From assembly GCA_043228905.1 (NCBI GenBank), contig JBHGNT010000020.1, positions 13,206,001 through 13,270,000 of the forward strand: DNA of 64,000 nucleotides, written 5' to 3'. How positions within the stretch are numbered: position 1 is the first letter of the stretch; each line of letters opens with the position of its first letter. Both the position numbers and the translations under genes were made by a program. The notes below the pieces were generated by a model that was given only the letters and a program-made list of their open reading frames with translations, was not told where the DNA came from and did not search any database. Origin of the DNA: Azolla caroliniana (lineage: Eukaryota > Plantae > Polypodiophyta). This document shows, piece by piece, positions 41,301 to 52,500 of the stretch.

Positions 41301-44300
41301 TAAGTTTTTTTTCCTTGCTTCCTCCGATCAATCTTTATATTATAGAGTTCAAGCCAAGGCAAATATAAAAAAATGAATGCTTGAATTAATGATCATGATG
41401 AAGGAAATTACACATGCCAAAACACCAAGAACTGGGTAAAACTCTTCAAAACTCTATCCCTCGACGAAGTAGGGCATCCTTCAATAACTGCTATAAATGT
41501 TGGACACCTAGATGCACCAAGCTTAACTTGTGTCGAAAAAACTTTGCCAAATCAATTTGATGAAATGGAACTCGTACTAGGAGCAAACTTTAAGATTGAC
41601 CACTGGAATTTGCTCGTTTAACACATCTTCAAGTTGACTAAGACATTGGAGTTATTGAACTAGATAGGGTACCTAGGCCAACTAGGATTGCTAGAACTAA
41701 CTTGCAAACTGGAAACAATTTCATCATTAGCGCTTAATTTGTTTAATTGATGTCTTGGTTTGTGAGGACAATACAGCACAATATTTTACAAGCTGCCAGA
41801 TTAAAAACAAAGATAGTCAACCTCAGTAATTTTCACCCTCGACTAACAGTCGTCAACATTGTGCTGCCTCAATCTCCATTGCAGAGGGGCCATCTAAAGA
41901 ATGGTGATAAGTTCTTGAATAGGGCCTGAAGTCGGGTTTATGACCACTAAGGCATAAGTTTGCGAGATATCTGTTGGCACTCAGAGTGCTGCTTGAATGA
42001 TAGCCATTGTAGGTGGGATCTTCTCGAAAGATAAGAAGTAGATTTTTTACATTTTGGAGAAACCTAGATTGGAATGGATTGATTAATGGCTCATTATCTC
42101 AAGGAATACATTACAACAAACAAATTCAACATCATTGTTTTTCAACCTCAAGTAATGATGTCGTAAAGATTGTGGTTGTGTCAGAACCACCGGGGTTCTT
42201 TGACTCGTGGACAATTGGTATGACAAGGCGTAATCACGGATGGTACGATGGCAAGAGGACGAGACAGGTGCAAAGTTATTTAGGAAAGAAAATTGATTGA
42301 TTAAAAAACACTTAACAATATTTGTTTGCCAAAAGCTATTTCGGCTTGAACCTAGGTTCTCTTTTGGAATAAAGGATTTTGTGGTAAACCACTTCAACCT
42401 TTCTCTTTCTCTATTTATTTTCCTTTCCTTTCTTTTATATTTACTATTTTTAACTTACAAAACTTGTTTACCAAAATAAACTACTTTAGAAAAACTTGAA
42501 CTCGCGACCTCTCCTTGGGAAGGAGTGTTTGAGATAAAACACTTCGACACACCTCTTTTTGTTCTTTTCTTTTCTTTCCTCTAGTTTTTGTATTGTTTTC
42601 TGCAGGCTATTCACCCCCTACACATACTTGAGTGGCCTCATTGACGACGCGCCTTCTTCACCCTTGCGAGCTCCTTCACTCACTTTCTATTCCATGCCTT
42701 CACCCACCATGGGAGGTAGCAATGGGCCCGGTTTCGGCTCAAACTGAATCAACCAAAAAACTGTGGCTTAACAATTTATAGGTTCGAAGATAAATAAAAG
42801 GTTTGGTTTGGTTTCAAATGTTACTAATCGGTTTCGGTTCAGTTTGGTTTTGAATTTACCGGTTTAGCGTTTATCGGCTTATCGGTTTCTGTTTATGTGG
42901 TTCGGTTTAAAGGTTTATAGGTTAAAAAATACTCATAAATTTTCCCTATAGGCTCTAACTTTCAACTTTTAATTTTAAACTCTAGTTTTAACTTATTAAA
43001 TTTTATATGCATTATATGTAGAGTCTGCTTTTCATTTATGATGATCAAATATGATGAGTATGATGATTAATATCAATAAAAAATGGTTTGGTTTGGTTTG
43101 GTTTTTATTTATGATAAACCGGTTTGGTTTCTCCTATTCTTTTAACGGTTCGGTTTAAATGGCTTCATAAATTTTAAACAGTTTGGTTTGGTTCAAGGCC
43201 AAGAAACCGAACCGGGCCCATTACTAATGGGAGGGGGCTTTTGTAGGAGACAAACCGCCTTTGCCACCCTCTTTGACGCAGTTTGTTTACCACATCACAC
43301 ATGGGCGGTTGCATTTTTTTTTTAATTTAAAAATTCAATTATAAAATTACACATTTTGAAAAATTACAAAATAGTCCTTATTTTATCTCAACCTCTCCCT
43401 CTGATATAATTACATTTTTGTCCTTAACAATCTTGAAGCTAACATGACTCTTCTGGAGGCTGTATCTTGGGCTTCCAAATTCTTATTCATGAACCATAAA
43501 ATTGTACATGCTCCTTGTCACAAGCTCTAGATGGTAAAAGTCTTTCTCCAACTTTTGAACATTGTTTCAATATCATGAAGCCTCAGCTTCACGACAACGG
43601 CCCTTGACAATGTGCTGCCTCAATCTCCACTCGAGCAAGGCCGTCTAACAGATTGGTGAGAAGTGCTTGAATAGGGCCTATAGGCGGGGTTATTACCGCT
43701 AAGGTGTAAGTTTGCATGGCATCTATTGGCACTCAAAATGCTGCTCCATTAATAACCTTTGTAGGTGACCTAGGATTTTCTCAAAAGATGAGAAGTAGAT
43801 CATATACATTTTTGTGAAGCCCCAATTGGAATGCCCCATGCAAGGTGGTGTATTGAGCATACAAACGGTCATACATTTGGAGAGATTAGAACTTATGTCC
43901 TTGTTTTTATGGTTGAAACCATAATGTTATAAGTTTTCATACAAAACATTTTGACGGTCACAATTTGCAATTTCAATTACAACAGTCATTAATAAAATTC
44001 TAGAACATCAAAAGTCACTACTAAATCCACACTTAGTGAGTGAAAATATTTCACTTTTGTTCTTGCTTGACAATGTGGAGAAAGCAAGCTTGAAGGTGAA
44101 ACATTGTAATAGAGTGATATTCAGACTCACGAACTTGCTACAATAATCAAAATGTTTCCTCACATGTGCCCCGATCCCTGTCTCACATTGAAGATGTGCG
44201 CTGAGTCAAGTGGAAGTAATGGTGCAGATGGCAGAACAAAAGGGGGTAGGAGAGTGAGAGACAAATGCGCACCTTGGCCTGGAGACATTCGGTTTCTTTG

Positions 44301-45920
44301 AACATGAACTCAAAAAGAGAGCCTTGGAAACCAGAGACCGAAAACTTATTGGAATCATATGTTGGAGTATTGATCTTGTATTGTGCTCTTTCAATGAGGT
44401 TGAAGATAATGCTGTCCTCCTGTCGTATGAGAGAGTCCCGCACTCTATCTAAAGTCAACGCGCCCCTCTCATCAACAACTCCAGAGCTACAGTTTGTGCC
44501 ACATAATACATGATAAAAATTAGGGTATATTGCACAAATGAAGAGAATATAGAAAGTACCACAAGAAGTCTTAATGGACTTCATTTTCCACATGTGCCCA
44601 CAATCCCAGTCCTACGGTTTGTGGCAAATGCACATAAAAACATGCATCGATGTAAAGACTAGAGTTCATTGCACATACAATAAACAATCAAACGAAGAAG
44701 TCTAGGAGTGATACATATGTCACTCCCATTTACAACTTCAATGCTCTAGGGTTGGTGCTCCATACATAGAACAAAATGTAAAACCAGGGTTTATAACACA
44801 AACAAAGAGAAGATGAATATCAAAAGAATTATAAGAGAGTTTGTTTTTTCAACTCTCATACAACCTCAGCACTGGGGTTTGCGCCACATAAACTTCAGAG
44901 CATGTAAGTTCTAGTGCCATAGCAAATACAAAGACAAAATAAATGATATCCCATGAAGTTTCAGACATGTTAGTAATGATAATACTAGTGAATGAGAATA
45001 TCAACAATCACAAGGATATTTAGACATCCTCGGATGAATGTCAATACCAGGGTTTATATCACATATAAAAAAGCGAAAATAAACAATTACAAAAAGATAT
45101 AGATATTTTCGAATTACTGTCAATATGAGAGTTTATATCACATATATTAAAAGAATAAATACGCGGTATCACACAAAGTTTTCAACATTTCCACATGTTT
45201 CCTATAGGGATCAAGATTATACTTTTCCTACAGATATGTCCAGAAACTTTTTGTAAATTAAGAAATAAGATCTACAAGCACAAGAAAAAATAGAAAGTAA
45301 GGACTTAAGCACAAAAGTCCTACATATAACAAACAGAAATGAACAACAAAGGGCAACAATTTAGTTACTAAATTTTATAACACAAACGACGAGAAACCAT
45401 AAGCTTAAGCAGTATAACAAGGATAACTGAGAGGGTACAATAATGTTCACTAAAATGGCTGCCAACAATATTTCTGCTGGAAAATATTTCTTAGGGAAGC
45501 AAAATCCTCGAGATTTATACCAGTTTTATACTCAATCCCCATATATTCGTGGTATTTTTTCCCATGAACATTTCACGAAGAAACAAATCTCAACTGATTA
45601 ATGAAGTTCTTTTCCGAACAATGGTAAGCACTCTAACACAAACTTTTACATATGTTGGGATTAAAGACTCTTTAGATTTCTCTAACCAAACTAGAAAAAC
45701 GAGTTTATATTCTTTAATATTTTCTAATTTTTATTAAAGTTGTACAGCTCGTTTTCAGAGCTGTGCTACAACTTCTAAAAGAATATTTTGTACTTTGAAT
45801 GGTATCATTAGACAAGATTCCACTCAGCATTAAATAGGTATTTATGAGGCCATGACTTAGCTGTCCCATCAGCATTCAAAACTTTTCTTCTAAGAGCATA
45901 TTCTATGTATCTTGGATAAC

Positions 45921-45980
<60 letters not shown>

Positions 45981-48865
45981 ACTCCTACCTTGTATATTTT
46001 TTTTAAGCGGTAGGCTTTTGTTTTGCATAACAACTTCTAGTTCTTTAATCCCTCGTATGTGTTAAACCCCATTATCGTTTTTAGTTTCTATATTTCTGCC
46101 TTTAGATATTTCAGAAAATTGACATTCTATATTCAACTTCCTTACAACTGGTATCAGAGCGAATGTTGCACCTCTCAGGATCTCCATTGCTTAGTCTTCC
46201 ACTTTGAATAAGTGGGAATTTTGTCTCTTGTCTGTTTTGTATTCCTTCTTTCACCATGGCAAATACATCAGCCAATGTTGGGATAGAATTTAGGAAATTT
46301 AATGGCACTCGATTTGACTTATGGAAGGTTAGAATGGAAAGCCCACTTTACTTACAAGGATGTGCAGAAGCATTGGAGGAAAACAAATCAGCTGATATGG
46401 GTGATGCAACTTGGAAACTGCTCAATTATAAGACAGTTGCCCACATTTACATGGCAGTATCAAATGAAGTTTTAGGAAATATGAAGGGGCTGACTAGTGG
46501 TCATGAGGTATGGAGCAAATTGAAGACTATGTACGAGTAAACCATTGTAGTGAATCAAGTTCACTTGATGAGAAGGTTCATCCCTGCACTGAAGAGAGGG
46601 AGAAGGCAAATAGAGCCTCTGGAGTCATCATTGAAGAAAGTCTTGACACAAAGGACATATTGTGTGCTGCAGATATCAAAATTATTGATATAGCTACAGT
46701 AAATGTATTGTTAGTTGTACAAGATTCTGTCACATTGACTTGGATAATTGACTTTAGTGTTTTCTTTCATTGCGCTCCTACGGAGTGCTTTCTTTCATTT
46801 TCTGCAGGAAATTTTGGGAAGGTTTACATTGTCAATAACCATGTTTGCAACATCGAAGGACTTGGCATTGTTATAGTAGGCATGGAGAATGATCAAGAGC
46901 TAACACTAGACCAAGTTCGATTTGTTCCTGGATTAAGACGAGCTTGTTGTCTGTGGGACAGCTTGACTTACAAGGCTATTCAACAATCTTCACAGGTGGA
47001 GCATGGAAGATTGTATGTGGAACAAGACTCATTGCTCGAGAAAGCAAGAGAGGTACACTCTATTGCCTCTCAGGTCGAGCTATTCCTGGTTGACTCATCG
47101 TAGATGCGGAAGCAAAAGATAGAGTTGAGTTGTGGCACAAAAGATTAGGTCATATGAGCCAAAAGGGTTTGGACATTCTACTCCCTTCTAAAAAAGTTGG
47201 TGACCATAGGTAATAAGCTTAATTTTTGTAACGACTGCCTTTATGGAAAACAAGAAAAGAGTTCTTACAACACTGGTTCTTCAAGGAAACAACACCACTT
47301 GAGCTCATACACTTTGATTTATGTACTATGACAAATAAATCCTTACGACACTCTTTACATTTTGTAACTTTCATTGATGATTACATATTTGCTGAAGGAT
47401 AAGACTGAAGTGTTCACTATTTTCATAAACGTTTATGCCTTTATCACTACTCAAAAATGTCTACGGACAAACAATGGAGGAGAATATAATAACGGCCGAT
47501 TTATAGATTTTTGTGCAAAAAATGGAATCGAGAGAGAGCATATAGCTCCATACAATTGAACATCTAATGGAGTGGTTGAACGATATAATAGGACATTATG
47601 TGAAGGGTTCGACATATGTTGTCCATAGCTCATCTCCCTAATACATTTTGGGGAGAGGCTTTACAAATTGCAGTGCACATTATTAATCAATCCCAACACA
47701 ATTCACTCAACGATGGCATACCGAAGGAGATTTGGTTTAACAAAATCAGCCTCGTATGATCATCTGCACATTTTCGGTTGTGAGGCTTTTGTGCATGTTA
47801 GACAAGAGCTAAGAAACAAGCTGGATGCAAAATCCATCAAAGGCATCTTTCTGGGATACAGTGCAGAAGGTTATATGGGTTACAAAATTTGGTTACCACA
47901 TCTTCGTAAGGTAATCAGAAGTCGTGATGTTATATTCAATGAGGCAAAGTTGCTCAAAAGTAATTGTACCTCAACAAAAAGAGTGAAATTCCAGCAACAA
48001 CCAACTGTTGCCTCAAGAATAACATCTCAAGGTGATGAACAAGTAGAGATCTACAAACCAGTTCTATTGCCAGAAGAAGATGGACAGTAAAATAGAGAAA
48101 TTTTAGACCCTGAAGATGAAGATCAAATACAGCCACAACAAATGAAGAAATAATTGTTGCACTACAGCAGGAAGATATTCCATTAGATTTGGAACCAATT
48201 CCAAATAATGTAGGTCACTGGGTTAGGAGATGAACACGGTTTGAATGGGATCCTTGGACAAGATTCCACTCAGCATTAAATAGGTATTTATGAGGCCATG
48301 ACTTAGCTGTCCCATTAGGATTCAAAACTCTTCTTCTAAGAGCAGGATTAGTGGCAACAAGACCCAAACCGAAAGACCTACTTTTATGAATTATGTTGAG
48401 GCAACTAAACAATTAGGTACCTGAAAACATAGCACAAACACGTGTGTGTGTGTGTGTGTGCACTCCTACCTTGACTTTTTTTTTTAAGCGTATGTATTAA
48501 ACCCCATAATTACTTTGAGTGTCTTGAGATATTTCAGAAAACTGTCCTCCTATATCTACTTCCTTACAACATAGTGGACGGAAAAACCTAAGCACTATAT
48601 AGCATGGTTCCAACACAGAGAAATGAAAAGTATAATCACAGTATCATATATCTACAAAGAAAAATCAGCAATCTGACGCACAATAAAATGGATTTGACAG
48701 GAGATAAAGGAAATTCTAGAATTAGATCAAAACAGCAAAAAAAGAAAAGCAGCAATCATTAACCAGAGAAAAGAAGAAGATTGGTAACCTTGTGGAGGGA
48801 GAAAGGACGGTACACCACGAAGGAGCTGTGTAGTTCTTCTTTGCATCGCGATCAGAATCGGCCAT
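38342..48865 (-). CDS. CM: Chorismate mutase (AroQ, eukaryotic type), 6 exons, 282 aa
   Basis: Exons (minus): 48865-48789, 44486-44273, 39894-39808, 39669-39526, 38782-38690, 38575-38342. All introns are GT-AG and phase-consistent, total 849 nt. Motifs: [92 protein letters not shown]. Exon 1 (MADSDRDAKK...) is assigned by ATG context and phase, so it is less certain than exons 2-6. Confidence 0.93.
38790..39507. repeat. Nested tandem array filling CM intron 4: short degenerate subunits plus three higher-order copies of about 145 bp
   Basis: cattgca(c/g)a(g/a)atttgaac recurs repeatedly. The unit cctccaaaatagcacccaaac...aacaatttccactcta starts at 39068, 39212 and 39360. Confidence 0.9.
41835..43835. 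repeat. Two diverged direct copies (about 240 bp; 41835-42080 and 43595-43835) of an unidentified repeat in CM intron 2
   Basis: Shared blocks: tgtgctgcctcaatctcca, ttgaatagggcct, taagtttgc, ttggcactca, tgtaggtg, agaagtagat, ttggaatg. Confidence 0.7.
42717..43226 (+). mobile_element. Non-autonomous hAT-superfamily MITE (510 bp) in CM intron 2
   Basis: 15-bp TIRs TAGCAATGGGCCCGG and CCGGGCCCATTACTA (1 mismatch). 8-bp TSD ATGGGAGG at 42709-42716 and 43227-43234. Subterminal GGTTT/CGGTT repeats. Confidence 0.92.
45653..48568 (+). mobile_element. Degenerate, internally deleted Ty1/Copia LTR retrotransposon (Tnt1/Tork-like) in CM intron 1, antisense to CM
   Basis: TG...CA ends with 5-bp TSD ACATA (45648-45652 and 48569-48573). 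5' LTR 45653-46146. PBS TGGTATCAGAGC (tRNA-iMet) 46149-46160. Gag EFRKFNGTRFDLWK from 46256, protease WIIDFS, LWHKRLGHMSQKG, integrase LRTNNGGEY...NGVVERYNRTL, and FGCEAFVHV...KLDAKS...GIFLGYS. RT, RNase H and PPT are missing. The 3' LTR survives from about 48240. Both LTRs contain (GT)n. Confidence 0.92.
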
Positions 48866-49045
48866 GGCGGAGGGAAAATCTCTGAGGAGCCGAAGCAACA
48901 GCAGAAGAAGAAGGAAGCTTTTGGACGCTATAGCTTTTTTTCGTTTTGCATAAAGAGAAAAGCAAACGCAATCGCACAAAAGCAAAAGCCAAAAAAGCTA
49001 AACTAAAACATGAAGAGCAAACGAATACATACATAATAGATAGTA

Positions 49046-49290
49046 GGGAAAAGTACCACGATACCCCGGAAGTTCGTCTATTTACCAGAATACCCCTGGA
49101 AGTTCCAAATTTACCAAACTACCCCTATGTCCCAAAAAATTACACTTTATAAAGTAGCTTGTAGATTTGAGTGTATAATTACTTTATAAAGTGTAATTTT
49201 TTGGACATAGGGGTAGTTTGGTAAATTTGGAACTTCCAGGAGCATTCTGGTAAATAGACGAACTTCCAGGGGTATCCTGGTACTTTTCCC
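49046..49290. mobile_element. Mutator-like foldback MITE (245 bp) about 180 bp upstream of the CM start codon
   Basis: Near-perfect TIRs of about 110 bp beginning GGGAAAAGTACC, separated by about 24 nt. 9-bp TSD TAGATAGTA at 49037-49045 and 49291-49299. Confidence 0.93.
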
Positions 49291-49517
49291 TAGATAGTAT
49301 CTATGATACATGGTTCTTTTGTTTTTTTAACCTTCTGGTTTATAAAATCCCGGAATTACCCCCGACTGAAGCTTTTCAGGAGCATTCTGGAAAATAGACG
49401 AACTTCCAGGGGTATCCTGGTACTTTTCCCTAGATAGTGTCTATGATACATGGTTCTTTTGTTTTTTTAACCTTCTGGTTTATAAAATCCTGGAAATACC
49501 CTCGGCAGAAGCTTTTC
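49236..49517. repeat. 140-bp tandem duplication covering the MITE right end plus its flank
   Basis: agcattctgg(t/a)aaatagacgaacttccagggg at 49241 and 49381. Both units end in gaagctttt. Confidence 0.9.
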
Positions 49518-52500
49518 TCTTTGTTCTTTTCTCTGTCTCACAATCGCGAGTCCGGCACGAAGGATGTCCTGATGCTTCATGTTCACATGGAAATGATGCC
49601 AATGGGAAGTTGATGCTTGTCAACGTCAACAGTTCTGAAAAACTACACGTACGATCTTCTAATCATGGCATGAAGGCAATCTTGCAATCACATGTTCGAT
49701 TCTAATTCCACCGTCATACAACAGGTGCAATGAACCTCTTTGTGCATGCTTCCAATCTACGTTGAGCTACTACGTTGAACCTAGTTGTCAAAGCCCACTT
49801 ATTCAAAATAGCTTTGCTTCTTGTTACAAGTTTACTGCATCCAATGTGAGCGCATCACCAAGTTTTTACATGTATGATGATGTACAATGGTAGTTGTTGC
49901 ATGGGCCGTGGGAATTCAAATTAAGGTATTCATTCACCTTGGCATTATATGATTTGATATTGTACTTGAGCAAACCTATTGTAATGCCCAATTCAAACAT
50001 TATCTACAAATTGCGTACCTTTACCTTCATTTTGTTCGCCTTACCTTAGATAATATTGACATTCTTTGCTTGAATGTTGTTTGACAATTAGTCACATGTG
50101 TCACAATGTTGGTAGTACTCAAGCATGCGAGGCCCTTTTCTAATTACTCGTTAAATCACCCTTCAACATAGATGATCAACGACTTCCCGTTGGCATCATT
50201 TCCAAGCCCATCGACAATTTAAAGTCAAAGAATAAGGTATAACCACTACCTCCATTAATATTTTATTCTATATGTATGCAATGTAATTAAGTCCATCATT
50301 GTATGTCAAAAGTAACCATAATTGGAATCACTAGATTGTTGCTACAACATAATTTTTCTGTGTGTGATTGAGAGGAGTACGTACGATGAACTTATCGAGC
50401 ATGCTACCACTTGTAATGTAAGAAGTGTCTGATGAGGTTGGCTCTTTAACATGCCTTGTGTTTTATGAGAGGAACACTCTTAGTGTTGAAGAAGATATCC
50501 CACTAAAGAAAGTCGTTATGAGCATAAGTGCAACCTTAGTTGTGGGCCAATTCATAAGGAATGAAGGGTGAGGGTTAAGTTATCTCCCACAAGCATAATT
50601 ACAACCATATTTGTGGTCTAATTCACAAGGAATGAAAGGTGGGGATTAAATTATCTCAATCCCATGGTGGGAGATAACTTTAGAGTGTTTCATCACTCGA
50701 CTACTCTTTATAAAAAAAAGTAACCAAGTGAAACACACACAAGGGCCTATATAAGAAGGCTGGCTATCTTCACGATTGAATAGCTTTTTCCTTTATTATT
50801 TTGAGATAGACACCCTGAAAGTGTGCTAAAGCTCTAGCTTCATACACATGTGTCACATTCTCTTCAGACCCAAATTATAATCCATATCCATATTCGTGCA
50901 CAATGGTATGGGACACTGCTAGGGGACTTGGATCTTTCTCTCATCTTTGCTAAGGGGTGGTTTGGTGGATTGGCGCCCTTTTTTTCCTTATTTTTCTCTT
51001 TATTTTTTCTTAACATTAATTAAGATTCTCCCAAAAGCTCCACATCATTACAGTGATTGAGGGGAATCCACATGAGATCTATCAAGACGTTAAAGGAAAT
51101 AATATCATATTAATTAGTTTTAACAACCCGATGAGGCCCGATATTTTTAATTTAAAATATTAGTCATAAGCCAAATATATTTAAGAAACGTGACATATTG
51201 TAATTTGTGAGGAACCACCCTTAATTAGGTAGAATTGGTCTATGGTTGATGGGCTTGTGACGTGAAAGGGACCCTTTAGGGCTTCCAGCTGATATAAAGG
51301 GGCAAGAGCTCTCATGTAAGAAAGGTAATTGAGTACCCCAAATTCAGGGGTACCATTTGGTCTTTATACACTCTCCATTGCCTTTCATAAGAGCCACTTT
51401 CCTTGGTGTAGCTTTTCCACATTAATTAATTGAGATATACATATTTTTTACTTTGTAATGATCTATTTAATTAAGATAATGATATTTCTTAATCAGTGTA
51501 GTGATTAGGTGTGTGTTAATCTTATATAACTTACAAAGTCGTCAAGGTTTATGCAATTGCATGGAGTGGAGAGATAAGTGGTTTTATGTGTTGATGTATG
51601 ACATGGTCTTTGTGATTGGTGAGCGACGACCCCCAATCCTTGGGTTAACCCATCAAGATGAAGGCGACTTCTTAAGACTTTGTAATGACCCTTGGAAGTG
51701 CAACACTCTAAGGTATGAATCATGTTGGTCCCTCCAAGAAAATGTGATTAAAGAGGAGGGTCATTTGTTAAGCGTTGATACAATTCTATAAACCTGAGAC
51801 ACACATAAATAAACGATTCAAATTGCAACGGATGAGAGAGAAACATACAAAACATTTTAATGTTGAAATCATCACATGGATATTAGAATAGTCGAAACAA
51901 GAAATAGAATTCCGTATATTTCATAATAATAATAAAAAGAGTACTTTACCTAACATCATTATCCTTTGGTGGACCCAAAAACATGAGAGTAAAGTACAAT
52001 AAAGAGATTTGAAATTTAATGAAAAAAGGTTGTTAAAAGGAATAAGTTCAACCTTTCACCTTAAGGTTTAGAGTTGGAGCACAAATACACTCTAGAAGAA
52101 GTGTTGAACAATAGAACAATTACAAGCAAAAAAAAGTTTTTTTGTTAGGCATAATGATAGAAGAATCCAGGCGAAATTAAAATTCTTACTTGATTGCTCA
52201 GTGTACATGTCATGAAAAAGTGGTCGTCATTTGAATAATAAAAGAGTGGACATATGTTTTCGATGGAACAAATGTGAGAAACAAGTTAATGATTGGGTGA
52301 ATATTTTGATGCATGTACATATGTAGTAGAGCTTTTTAGTGCATTGTAGAACCGTTATTCTCAAACTTAACCCTATTAAAGCAATGCAACTACATTGCAA
52401 TGTAGCTTCAAACCATGAATATTGAAAATGAAACATTGAATCTTCTATAACTTTAAACATTCCAAATATACCAAAAGGGATCAAGAGTTGGGGTAAAGCT

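Noticed and set aside
49700-49930. Minus-strand AQRGSLH and FEFPRP peptides reminiscent of Helitron Rep
   Set aside because: The motifs occur in the wrong order and are surrounded by stops, so support is insufficient.
50950-51800. Possible solo LTR with a TATA-like gatataaagggg
   Set aside because: No TG...CA boundaries, TSD or second copy could be established within the window.
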